Counted from the first letter of the stretch, positions 10,342-19,716 are shown. The stretch: 64,000 nt of DNA from Candidatus Hydrogenedentota bacterium (GCA_045863295.1 BTWA01000008.1:59674-123673); one strand, 5' to 3'. Program-made: numbers and translations. The notes: generated by a model not told the origin, from the letters alone.

Positions 10342-10554
10342 TCAATGCAATTGCAAGGCTTTGCCGCACCGTCCGCAATAGTTTGCATGTGGCGGGGCAA
10401 TCGTGGGCTTCCCGCACGCGGGGCAAGGGGCCATGTTTTGAACCGGCACGGGTTCAAGGGTAGGGCAATACACGAGGTCATGGTGTGCGCTCATACCGAA
10501 AGGCCCGGCAACCGGGGTCACACCATCGGGGGCATGTGAACGTTTCGAGGGCAT
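10342..10554 (-). CDS. Small zinc-ribbon protein
   Basis: CPACG...YCGRCG; AAGGA RBS right after the stop of the preceding segment. Confidence 0.55.
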   Translation of the reverse strand: MPSKRSHAPDGVTPVAGPFGMSAHHDLVYCPTLEPVPVQNMAPCPACGKPTIAPPHANYCGRCGKALQLH

Positions 10555-10560
10555 GGTCCT

Positions 10561-10824
10561 TTATCCCTTTCCGTTGCCTTCGAGTAGGGCCGCAATGAGC
10601 CGTGCCCGGTCCATTGCGTTCAATGCCCGGAAGGCATCCGCCAAGGCCGCTACGGGGTCCGCCGCCACGCCCTGGGCCGTTGACTCCGTGGGCCGTTCCT
10701 GGGGGCTTGCCGGGGCCGGTTCACCCGCGCCAATTTCGGATTTTGGGGAAGCCACAGGGGAAGGAAAATCCGGGGCACTCGCAAGTGTAGTGCTTTCAAT
10801 TCCTTCCGAGGTGAGGCCGTCTGA
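10561..10824 (-). other. Detached 87-codon C-terminal segment of the island-1 integrase (fused only in the excised attP form)
   Basis: Open from the att core to TAA at 10561 and in frame with int across the CTT of the core. Confidence 0.75.
10743..10766. repeat. Putative integrase arm-type sites, right set
   Basis: TTGGGGAAG and AGGGGAAGGAA, matching the 5947-5983 motif. Confidence 0.5.
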
Positions 10825-10869
10825 CTTACACGCAGAGGGTCGTAGGTTCGAGTCCTACACCGCCCACCA
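10825..10869 (+). repeat. Displaced 3' half of tRNA-Val (attR of island 1, left border of island 2)
   Basis: CTTACACGCAGAGGGTCGTAGGTTCGAGTCCTACACCGCCCACCA; 40/45 identical to 5766-5810. Confidence 0.93.
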
Positions 10870-10872
10870 GTT

Positions 10873-10881
10873 TGGTATAAT
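10873..10881 (+). promoter_or_regulatory. Extended -10 promoter for integrase 2
   Basis: TGGTATAAT (TGnTATAAT) 3 bp after the CCA of the tRNA fragment. Confidence 0.55.
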
Positions 10882-10996
10882 GTAACCCGCGCTGAAATCA
10901 CCGTTTGCGTGATTACCCGCCAAAACGCGGCGCAGCCCAATAGGTCCGGGTTTCGTGGTCAATGACCACAAAACCCCTACTGAGAGGTTTGTGCCC

Positions 10997-12190
10997 ATGG
11001 GTAGACCACGTAACAGAATTCCTTCCCTTCTTCGCCGATTATCCCCCCTTGAACGCGCTTCCGGCGCACCGGGCCGGGCGTTCACCCGGGTCAACGGCCA
11101 AGACCACTATTTCGGTCCATGGGGTACCGACGAAGCACACAGGGCATACCATGCCTTCGTGGCGCAATATGTGGCCGCCGGGTACCGCGTGCCCGTGCCC
11201 GCCGACGAAATCACCATCACGGAACTGTGTGCCGCCTACTGGACATTTGCCAAGGGGTATTACCACTCCGAGGGCGAGCGGTTTATGATTCACCGGGTGT
11301 GCGAGGCGCTCAAGAATCATTACGGCGGGGAACCAGCGGCGGACTTCGGGCCGCTCAAGTGCGAGGCGTTGCTTCACTGGTTTGTGTCCCAAGACCTGAG
11401 CCGCACCGGCGTCAATCACTGCCTGGGCCGCATCAAGCGGCTTCTCCGCTGGGGCGTGACCAAGGAACTGGTGCAACCCGACACCTATGCCAAGGTTGCG
11501 GCGCTGCCGGGCCTCCGGAAAGGCCGAAGCGCGGCGCGTGAGGGGCGCACGGTACTTCCCCCGCCCGTTGCCGACGTGGACGCCCTCTTGGCGGACGAGG
11601 GCACGACGCGGGTTCTTCGCGCACTGGTCACGGTACAACGGCATTCGGGGGCCCGGGCCGGGGAACTCATGAACTTGACGCCGGGCCATATTGACACCGC
11701 AGGGCCGGTGTGGGAAGCCCGGTTGACCGAACACAAGACGGCATACAGGGGCCGTGAGCGGATCTTGTTCTTCGGGCCGGAATGTCAGGCGGTCTTGAAG
11801 CCGTTGATGCTTCGGAAGGCGGACGCTCCGCTGTTCTCCCCCGCCGAAAGCGAAGCGGAACGCCGTGCGTTGATTCACTCCAAACGCAAGACGCCGTTAT
11901 CGTGTGGCAACCGGCCCGGGACGAATCGGGTTGCCAACCCGGAAACCGCTCCGGCGGATCGCTACACCGTGGATTCTTACCGGCGGGCATTGTCCCATGC
12001 GTGCCGTCGGGCCAAGGTGAAGGCATTCAGTCCGCATCAACTCCGGCATCTGGCCGCGACTGAGATTCGCGCTAAGTACGGTCTTGAAGCCGCCCAAGTC
12101 ATGCTGGGCCACGCGGGCATGGCCATTACGCAATTGTATGCGGAACAAGACTTCAATCTTGCCCGCCGCGTGGCTCAGGCCATGGGATGA
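10997..12190 (+). CDS. int: Tyrosine integrase 2
   Basis: SGARAGEL, EHKT, HQLRH, MLGH and QLY motifs; GAGAGG RBS before ATG 10997. Confidence 0.92.
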   Translation: MGRPRNRIPSLLRRLSPLERASGAPGRAFTRVNGQDHYFGPWGTDEAHRAYHAFVAQYVAAGYRVPVPADEITITELCAAYWTFAKGYYHSEGERFMIHRVCEALKNHYGGEPAADFGPLKCEALLHWFVSQDLSRTGVNHCLGRIKRLLRWGVTKELVQPDTYAKVAALPGLRKGRSAAREGRTVLPPPVADVDALLADEGTTRVLRALVTVQRHSGARAGELMNLTPGHIDTAGPVWEARLTEHKTAYRGRERILFFGPECQAVLKPLMLRKADAPLFSPAESEAERRALIHSKRKTPLSCGNRPGTNRVANPETAPADRYTVDSYRRALSHACRRAKVKAFSPHQLRHLAATEIRAKYGLEAAQVMLGHAGMAITQLYAEQDFNLARRVAQAMG

Positions 12191-12703
12191 ACACCCATGC
12201 AAAAAAACAAGCTCACGGACGTTGCGTTGAACTTACTGGTCGCGGATGTGGCCGGACTCCGGGATGAACTCCGGGGCTTTGCCGCTAACCTGCAATCCCT
12301 GTTCGATGGACTCGGGGGCACCGCGAGGGCAACTAGGAAGACTTGAGGCGCTATGCGGTCCGCAAGGTGGCGTGCATCTCGCGCATGGGCGTGCCGTATC
12401 TCCCGAGGAAATGGCGCGCGTCATGGCGGCCGGCGACGCGATTGAACGATTCGGAATGGCCCTCAAGGGCGCGGTCAATGCGGCGCCCGTGGCACTTGCA
12501 CGCTGGCTTGCGAATGTGGCGAACTCCGGTACCGGCACGGTGACGGAGAGTGAAGACAGTCCGACAGCAGGAGATGTATCAACCGCAAGTAGAGACTGTG
12601 GGGACCGGAAGTGGGAATCACACTATTGTTGCCCGACCCAAGAATGCTGGAGACGTCATGGAGGCTCTGCAAGGTTGGGCCACCATCCTAACGCAGAAAC
12701 GTT

Positions 12704-13156
12704 TCACTTTACGTTTGGAGTTCCCCGAGACTCTTCATGACCCGCGTTCGCCAGGTCTTCTTCGGACATCCCCATCCGTATGATTCCCGAACCGACTGCA
12801 TCCAGCTTCTGCTTGTAGCTTTCCCGGTACATGGAAGGCTTACGGGCCTTCAACAGAAAGATCAGCAGGGAATCCGAATACTTCGTGTAATAATCCACAA
12901 TCTTCTTGCCCCTCCATATCGGCTTCTTGACACCGTGCACTGCACGCCTATATGCCTCAGCCTCCATAGCCTCCGTGCCTACTTCGTACGCTTCATCCCA
13001 GTCCTGCGAGAATCGCTCACACTTGCGCTTCAAATCATATGCCGCTTGCCGCGATATGCCGACCGCCTTTGCGGCCATTTCAATCGTTGCACCACTCTGA
13101 ATATGAACCAGAAATACCTCGCGCTTTGACAATGTGAAGGTAATCCGCCTGGGCAT
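12704..13156 (-). CDS. terS: Phage terminase small subunit-like protein
   Basis: HTH AAKAVGISRQAAY, then WDEA..G.EAMEAEAYRRAVHGV and YSDSLLIFLLKARKP..YRE. Confidence 0.75.
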   Translation of the reverse strand: MPRRITFTLSKREVFLVHIQSGATIEMAAKAVGISRQAAYDLKRKCERFSQDWDEAYEVGTEAMEAEAYRRAVHGVKKPIWRGKKIVDYYTKYSDSLLIFLLKARKPSMYRESYKQKLDAVGSGIIRMGMSEEDLANAGHEESRGTPNVK

Positions 13157-13228
13157 ACGTTCTCACACCCCTACGTCGTGTAAAGCAATGTAAAGTTTCG
13201 CATGGAAGCGTATTCGCGTTCAGGTGTT

Positions 13229-14092
13229 CTAAACATGGTTCCTGCAAATCGACAGCAAGCGCTTCTCGAGTACCTGTCCCAGTGGCGACTTCAACTCACG
13301 TGACATGGAATCCGCCCAATTGAGTTCACTCATAAATTGCTCTAGCGGCATTCCAGGGCCAATTCTGGCAGTCGTAGGTCCGATGTCGCCCATACTCAAG
13401 CCAAACTCGCTCAACGCGCTCATAAACTCGCCGGGAAGCTTGTTGGGGTTGGGGAAAGCTAAGATTGACTTTCTTTCATCCAATTTGGATTCGGAATTCG
13501 GCACTCGGTCGGTATCTAAATCATTTTCTTTATTTTTTCTTAATCTTAAGATCGGCGCATTCTCTACATGGGTCACCTGTGCAAATTTTGCATGGGGGGG
13601 CATGCAAGGAATGCAGGACCCCGCAAGCAAATTCTGCATGGGTTCAGCCGCTTGTGCAGAATTTGCATGGGTTATTGACGTACTTTGAATTGGCAGGCGT
13701 GCCCGCTTGGCTTCATGGCTTTGTCTTCTGGCTTCTTGAGACAGTTTGGCTGCTTCGGTCGCGACATACCTTTTCCAGCGCGATGACGGCGAGTACTCTG
13801 TGGCAATTCCTGCAGACCCTTTTATGCGATTCACAAACCCAACTAACTCAAGCTGCCGCATTGCTAACCGGAAAGAACGTTCACATGCCACGGATCGTGG
13901 AGAATACGGAAACGGAATTGATGGGAGTTTGATTGTGCGGCATTTGGTGGCACGATGCCAAGCCAAATGGTACTCGATCAGCACATTGCGAGCTGTCGGG
14001 AAAAGTTCTCTGTATGCATCGCTTTGAAGCATTCTTTCGGGGACTTTTACCCAGAAGCCCTCGCGCTTTGTACTCGTTGTCATTATTCGCAC
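13229..14092 (-). CDS. Putative replication initiator, paralog of 8063..8947
   Basis: Shared blocks AY.L...A, ERSFRLAM/ERAFHRAV and YSPSSRWK/YEASIRWK; internal iterons. Confidence 0.6.
   Translation of the reverse strand: MRIMTTSTKREGFWVKVPERMLQSDAYRELFPTARNVLIEYHLAWHRATKCRTIKLPSIPFPYSPRSVACERSFRLAMRQLELVGFVNRIKGSAGIATEYSPSSRWKRYVATEAAKLSQEARRQSHEAKRARLPIQSTSITHANSAQAAEPMQNLLAGSCIPCMPPHAKFAQVTHVENAPILRLRKNKENDLDTDRVPNSESKLDERKSILAFPNPNKLPGEFMSALSEFGLSMGDIGPTTARIGPGMPLEQFMSELNWADSMSRELKSPLGQVLEKRLLSICRNHV
13514..13671. repeat. Iterons (4 x 16 bp, GCAnnnnTrCATGGG-like) plus an AT-rich tract; putative ori
   Basis: Copies at 13557, 13581, 13627 and 13656; AT-rich tract 13514-13550. Confidence 0.7.
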
Positions 14093-14427
14093 CTCCCAAG
14101 CTCTCGACGGGCTTGAGCGACTGCATGAGCGCGCTGTTTCTCCGTACGGCCGCGGCTGACATTCATTTTCGAATTTTCTTGATCGAGAAGTTTCTGCCGT
14201 TTCGAGTAGAATTCGACATCTGCCTCGGCAAGTACTCGAAAGAACTCATCTAAATCGGCTTGGGTTGTAAAAACACGCGATCCGATCCTGACATGCTTCA
14301 GCCGGATTCGCTCCCCGGTCCGGGCCTTCAGCCCAATTCGCATCCACCGCCAAACCACGGATGCGTGCACATGCTGCGGCGTTTGTTTAGCCGCCTCTGC
14401 TACAGTTAGAAAATCACCTCTCTCCAT
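14083..14427 (-). CDS. DUF1580-like HTH protein
   Basis: LTVAEAAK...HASVVWRWMRIG...LKHVRIGSRVFTTQADLDEFF; AAGGAGG RBS. Confidence 0.82.
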   Translation of the reverse strand: MERGDFLTVAEAAKQTPQHVHASVVWRWMRIGLKARTGERIRLKHVRIGSRVFTTQADLDEFFRVLAEADVEFYSKRQKLLDQENSKMNVSRGRTEKQRAHAVAQARRELGRCE

Positions 14428-14945
14428 CGATTGCGCCTCCTTTCAGTGCGCTGGAGGCAATTTCGATCATTTTCTACTGGAGAATCTGCATGGTTGCTTT
14501 TGCCAAAAAGCGTACATATGTAAGTCTATTTAATTCAGTTACTTACAGAAAACATATAGGTTTTTCCAAAAGCATGGTCGGCGTTTAGCTTATTTTTCCT
14601 TAAATCGCACCAATGTAGGCGAGACGCATATGTTGCATTTCTATGGAACGTTCAGATGGGAAAGGTACTGAGGGAAGCAGATTGCTCGGATTGTGGAGGA
14701 AGTCGGATGACTCATCGGGTCAGAGTACGGGTAACTTGACCTTCGCTCGCAGATTTGGAGCCTTTTATCGATGACACACGAGCTACAGTTGTATAGGCGT
14801 CATTGATTCAAGCAGCTTGAGGATGAGAATAGGCTCAAAAGCCTGGTAGTGGTACGGGCCTGAAGATTAAAGTGAGAAATGTCTAGCCACGCTGCCAAAT
14901 CGACGGTTGTTTCGCTCTGTTGAGTTGAGTTGTCGTGTAGACAGG

Positions 14946-16199
14946 TCATTCTGCCTGGGCAAGGTAGCTCTTACCTTGCTCGGTGAGTGTTCGCTTCTGA
15001 GGGCCAGATATGAATCCCATATCGTGAAGCCGCTTAAGCTTGATTTGGACAGTTGTGAATTCTGGGTCCAGGTCCTCGTCAATTTCTGAAATGGCCTCGC
15101 ATAGATTCGTTCTGACCTTTACCAAATCTGAAGTCATTGATGGATTGTAGGTATCACTTCGCACCTCGCGTATTTCGTACGCTCTTGAGTTGCGAATCCC
15201 TGGATACTTTTTCACAGCTTTGAGAATTGCGAGCTCCAGCCTGTTGATTTTGAAGTTAAGGTGGGAAGTAGACTGTCGAGGCCTCAAGAACTCATCCTCG
15301 TAAGCGGAATTCCAGCCATCCATTGCGCGCACCAGTTTCCTAAGGCCTAGCAGAGTACGCTCAGATACGTTTGGCAATGCATTGTTTCCTGCGCGCGCGA
15401 ACACGCGCCACACATCGGTGGTTGAGAGTGCCAGGCCGGTACACCACTTTCCGTCTTCTCTTATTTGTATCTCCTTAAGCGTAACCGCACCGGACTGACC
15501 CATCTCTGCGGCCAAGTTGCACAAATTTTCAACGCGCTGAAGAACGCCCAAATTGCTAAACTGTCCAAGACTCATGCCATGCGTATGAAAGCGTAAGTAC
15601 CAATGAAGGATGTGCCTGCGCAATGGATCCGAGTCTTTGGATAGCTGACGCACTTCCGGGGCATCAAACACCTGTTGCGATTCGTCAATTGGGCGCACCA
15701 CGATTTCTTCGGCGTCCGCCAGCGGTAGGACCGTCTCGGCACCATTCAGTATCCTGTAAAGTGTCGGCTCCGGAGCCTGGGGCGGCAATTGGAGAACATA
15801 GGAATTGTTGAAACGGTCCAGCCTAGATACCGCCCTGGGACTCAAATAGGCGCATTTATTGAGGTCGTCTTTTGGCAGCTTGCAGAGGGTGTCGCTTATC
15901 TCTTCCAACGAAAGCAGCGAGTTTCTCGATTCGACTTCCTTTAACAAGTCTTTGTGGCTAACCAAAAGGGATCGAGTCGAGAGACAATGTGTTGCCTCTC
16001 GCAGGCGATTCAGGTGCTCAGTGTCCAACTGAATGTCAACGCATCGGCCTTCCTTGACCCGCCCTTCGCCATTCCAGATGAAAGTAACGAACCATGCCAA
16101 AAAGTCGTCCTTTGTTGGCAGTTCGGGGTAGGTTGGATAGGTATCATCGAAATGCCAAGTTCCAATGACAATTGGCTGATCATGGGCTAAACCTGACAT
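14946..16199 (-). CDS. Hypothetical protein with a probable C-terminal winged helix
   Basis: 417-aa ORF; C-terminus LKRLHDMGFI...LTEQGKSYL. Confidence 0.7.
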   Translation of the reverse strand: MSGLAHDQPIVIGTWHFDDTYPTYPELPTKDDFLAWFVTFIWNGEGRVKEGRCVDIQLDTEHLNRLREATHCLSTRSLLVSHKDLLKEVESRNSLLSLEEISDTLCKLPKDDLNKCAYLSPRAVSRLDRFNNSYVLQLPPQAPEPTLYRILNGAETVLPLADAEEIVVRPIDESQQVFDAPEVRQLSKDSDPLRRHILHWYLRFHTHGMSLGQFSNLGVLQRVENLCNLAAEMGQSGAVTLKEIQIREDGKWCTGLALSTTDVWRVFARAGNNALPNVSERTLLGLRKLVRAMDGWNSAYEDEFLRPRQSTSHLNFKINRLELAILKAVKKYPGIRNSRAYEIREVRSDTYNPSMTSDLVKVRTNLCEAISEIDEDLDPEFTTVQIKLKRLHDMGFISGPQKRTLTEQGKSYLAQAE

Positions 16200-16362
16200 T
16201 TGAGTTCACTCCACACTCGTCAATTCGCCAGCATGAATGCGCTCGTCCTTCCGACTAGCCATTGGCTCGAATCGGATGGTGGAGCCTCCTTGTGTGCTCC
16301 GACGTGCTCAAAACTCCATCTCTCATTTTCAGAGACGGCCTCCATTCTATCGTATTGCATTT

Positions 16363-19300
16363 CTACTCTCTTTCGAATCCTTGGCTGGTGAACTTCAACG
16401 TCCGCCCGTTCTCTGTCACCGTTCTAACTACGTTCTCAGGTGCGCCGGATTGAAATTGTGCTTCTATTTCAAGTGTCACGGTGACATCTGCGCCCACCAG
16501 GCCTGCCAAATGCGCGATCACCTCGTCTGCAACCCGGCTTGCGTCGCGCCCAACACGGGCGGGATCCAGCACCACGGTGCCGTGATATCGCTTTGGCCTG
16601 ACTTGAATGGGGGCAGGGGACGCACCCGCGTTTCCAGAATCGCCGCCTGTAGACGGGACTTGAGCATCTCCCGCAACCACTCCCGATTCGCCAGTTGCCG
16701 GGTCCGCTTGGGCTTTGCTGGTCTCCGCCTCCAACTGCTTGCGCGCGACATCCGGCTTGACCAACAGTCCCGGTGCATCCGCGCCAGCCGTGAAAATGGA
16801 TTGTCCCCCGCGCAGACCTCGATAGCGATGCAATTCCTCATCATAAGTGTCCGCAAAGGCGAACGCGTCGTGCTCCCACGTGAGCAACGAGACACCTTCG
16901 TTGACCGCGCCCAAAAGGACGTTCGTATCCCGCAACCGCGGCAGGTAGATGTACCGTGCAAAATCTTCCGCCAACTGCTGCACCGAAACGTGTTCGCCCC
17001 GCCACAACGGTATCTTGTCCAAATCCATCCGTAGCCGCGTCGCCGCCAGTTTGGTCACCAACAGTTCCTCGTGCTTGAGCTTCTTGCTCGCGCGGATAGC
17101 CAGCGGATCCTGCCCGGTCACACGAATGGCATTCCAATGCACCGGGTCCTGGGGCTTGGGTTGCTCAGGAACCAAAAGCCACTGATAGGTTTCCGGAAGC
17201 CTCGCCGTTACCGCGCCATCAGCAGCCGATCTCTGCGTCTCCGCCTGCTTCACCTGGAAGGGCGTCAAACCAAGTTCGGTACGTTCAGTAAGAATGGAAT
17301 CCCAGGCCAGGTACCGTCTGACCGCTTCGTCCAAATCCTGCAGGCGCGTCTTGTCAGCCGCCAGGAACACCAGCGCATTGCGATAAAGGCGTGGGCTGTT
17401 GCCACGCGCCTCCAGCATGGACTTGGCGGCCGCGTCGGCGGAGTTCCCCGCATCCTTGGTGTACGGGTGATCCGGACCTAACACGACCAACCGCGCATCC
17501 ACGTCGTCCGGCACTTCCTGACCAGTCGCAGGCATGGCGTGCACACGGTTAAAGTCGCCCCGTTGTTCGAGGTCCCTCCTGAGCCGCTTCTCCATTTCCT
17601 GCACAACCTTGTCCGATTCGCGCTTCAATTGTTCTGCTCGATCCTCCGCCAACTTCGTGACCGTGGGCTGCGTGGAATACCAATACCTCGGCCCATCCTG
17701 ATACAGATACGTCGCAGCACCGGCCAGCCTGCGCAATGCATCTCCGAACACCGCAGGCGATTCGCCCGGCATCACGCACCCCAATTTCACCCGGCGATCT
17801 TCGATCCCCAAATGCGCAGCGCCGGCCATCGGTGCCGACCCCAGGTAGATCGTCCGTGCCACGCGACGGCATGCGGCAAACTTGCCCAGGTTCGCGATCT
17901 CACCGTCCAGTCGCAGCGGCAACGAATTGGGGCCATCCACATCCTTGGCCAGCACAGGCACCCAGTTATCGGATAAATATCGAGTCAACTCGAATTGCAC
18001 GCGCGAGTCGTCGATGGCAATGTTGGCAGGCAGTATCAAGGGATTCCGGTCGCCCTTCTCCCACAAGCTATGGATCACCGCTGCCATGAGCCGCAGCACG
18101 CCGCGCGTACGTTGAAACTTTATCAACGTCGACCAATCCGTATACAGACGGTCGAATATCTCTGGATGGATCGGATAGGCCGCTTTGATCCGCTTCTCAT
18201 AGTCCGCATCGCGGCATTCGGGAGGAAATTCGGCCTGCTGTGTCCGATACAAGTCGGCAAATTCCCGCGCCACCACGTCCCTGTCCTTGAACTGCTGCGG
18301 ATCGGACATCGGCTCGAACAGGCGCCGCCGCACAATCTCAAAGCCTTCTTCCGCGCTGGCCGGCCGCCATGAAGACTCCACTCGACCGATAACATTCCGC
18401 AACCGGTCCAACGCTTCGCGCCCCCGCTGGCCGCCCACTTCCACGTCGTTGGCCTGCGTATGCGGCGAACCCGTCGTGTCCGATGCGGGCAGGCTGATTA
18501 CCAAGAGACAGTTCTTCGCCAACTTGGCCGATTCCGTCAACACCTGCGCAAACGTGAATTGCGTTTCAAAACTGCCCGCGGGGAGGTCGCTCTGATCGTG
18601 CAACTGCCGCGCATAGGCCACCCACTCATCAATGAGGATCAGGCACGGTCCGTATTCATTGAACATCTCTCGCAGTACATCGCCCGGACTTGTCGCCCTC
18701 TCGTCATCAGCCTTGATGCGCGCGAAGGCCTTCTTGCCCCCTAACTGCCAAGCCAATTCACCCCAGAGCGTGTGCACCACAGTCCCGTCCGCCTTGGTGG
18801 AGGGATTACCCGGCGAGATCTTATTGCCCACCAGCACGGCCCGGCGCACGGACGGCAGCGTATCCGCCGCCGCGCCTTTCATTACGGTGTCGACGCCGGA
18901 CAGTTCGGCGGGACTAATGCCGGAAAATAGGTGATACAGCGCCAGCATGGAGTGCGTCTTGCCGCCGCCGAAGTTCGTCTGCAACTGCACCACCGGGTCG
19001 CCGCCCCCGGCAGTCAACCGTTGCACCGCACCCGTCAGCATGCTCTTTAGGCTCTCGGTCACAAAGGTCCGCCGGAAGAATTCCACCGGATCCTTGTATT
19101 CCGCCGTTCCTTCCCCAACGTGCACCTGCCACAAGTCTGCCGCGAACTCCGCTTGTTGATAGCGCCCGCTGGCCACATCCTTGTGTGGGGTCACCACCTC
19201 GCGCCAGGGTTTCAAATGGCCCGTGGCCGCGCTTTCGATGGCCGTGCCCGAACTCTTCCGCTTTTCGCTTCGTACTTGCTCGTCGAAGCGGAGCCGCAAC

Positions 19301-19716
19301 AGCTCCATCTTCATTCGCTCAATATCTTCCGCTTGCGGCGCGGAAACGGACACCAGCAGCCGCGAAACCGAATCAAGCACACGATACGCATCATCGCTGG
19401 AAAAATTGGCCTGGTGCGCCCACTTGTTGCGCGCGTCTCGAAGTTCGCTCACCATCGACCGTTCAGCGTTCCCAAGCGTGTTCTTGAAAACCAGATTCCA
19501 CTGGTTCCACATCACGCCCAACAATGAAGCGGCATCCCAAGGTGGTTGCTCTTCATCCTTGAAAAGTTTGGCTTGCGAAGGCCCCACGGCGGCCTTTACC
19601 TCGTCGAACCAGGTTTGTTGATGCTGCGCCTTGAGTTCCCGCTCCACAAACGGCTGCAACCCCAGTGTAAGCAATTCCAGCCCCTTGCCGACCCGGTCTC
19701 GATTAGTTATTGCCAT
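16363..19716 (-). CDS. Swt1-type HEPN + DUF499 AAA+ ATPase
   Basis: RNKWAH (Rx4H); LKPWREVVTPH; EFAADLWQV; Walker A FGGGKTH; Walker B LILIDE. Confidence 0.9.
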   Translation of the reverse strand: MAITNRDRVGKGLELLTLGLQPFVERELKAQHQQTWFDEVKAAVGPSQAKLFKDEEQPPWDAASLLGVMWNQWNLVFKNTLGNAERSMVSELRDARNKWAHQANFSSDDAYRVLDSVSRLLVSVSAPQAEDIERMKMELLRLRFDEQVRSEKRKSSGTAIESAATGHLKPWREVVTPHKDVASGRYQQAEFAADLWQVHVGEGTAEYKDPVEFFRRTFVTESLKSMLTGAVQRLTAGGGDPVVQLQTNFGGGKTHSMLALYHLFSGISPAELSGVDTVMKGAAADTLPSVRRAVLVGNKISPGNPSTKADGTVVHTLWGELAWQLGGKKAFARIKADDERATSPGDVLREMFNEYGPCLILIDEWVAYARQLHDQSDLPAGSFETQFTFAQVLTESAKLAKNCLLVISLPASDTTGSPHTQANDVEVGGQRGREALDRLRNVIGRVESSWRPASAEEGFEIVRRRLFEPMSDPQQFKDRDVVAREFADLYRTQQAEFPPECRDADYEKRIKAAYPIHPEIFDRLYTDWSTLIKFQRTRGVLRLMAAVIHSLWEKGDRNPLILPANIAIDDSRVQFELTRYLSDNWVPVLAKDVDGPNSLPLRLDGEIANLGKFAACRRVARTIYLGSAPMAGAAHLGIEDRRVKLGCVMPGESPAVFGDALRRLAGAATYLYQDGPRYWYSTQPTVTKLAEDRAEQLKRESDKVVQEMEKRLRRDLEQRGDFNRVHAMPATGQEVPDDVDARLVVLGPDHPYTKDAGNSADAAAKSMLEARGNSPRLYRNALVFLAADKTRLQDLDEAVRRYLAWDSILTERTELGLTPFQVKQAETQRSAADGAVTARLPETYQWLLVPEQPKPQDPVHWNAIRVTGQDPLAIRASKKLKHEELLVTKLAATRLRMDLDKIPLWRGEHVSVQQLAEDFARYIYLPRLRDTNVLLGAVNEGVSLLTWEHDAFAFADTYDEELHRYRGLRGGQSIFTAGADAPGLLVKPDVARKQLEAETSKAQADPATGESGVVAGDAQVPSTGGDSGNAGASPAPIQVRPKRYHGTVVLDPARVGRDASRVADEVIAHLAGLVGADVTVTLEIEAQFQSGAPENVVRTVTENGRTLKFTSQGFERE

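Larger units (their letters stand above)
5766..10869. mobile_element. Island 1: satellite-like integrative element in tRNA-Val (5059 bp between att cores)
   Basis: Identical 15-bp core CTTACACGCAGAGGG at 5766 and 10825; tRNA 3' half repeated to 10869; carries integrase, AlpA, Rep and DUF1580 genes. Confidence 0.9.

Noticed and set aside
10825..10869. Second functional tRNA-Val
   Set aside because: Lacks the 5' acceptor strand and D arm.
12197..12740. Small ORFs after integrase 2 (49 aa at 12197-12346 and the 164-aa track ORF)
   Set aside because: Possibly one frameshifted remnant, but no motif supports a call.
16491..16500. CGCCCACCAG as the right att of island 2
   Set aside because: Only 10 bp and inside the DUF499 coding sequence; a chance match is likely.
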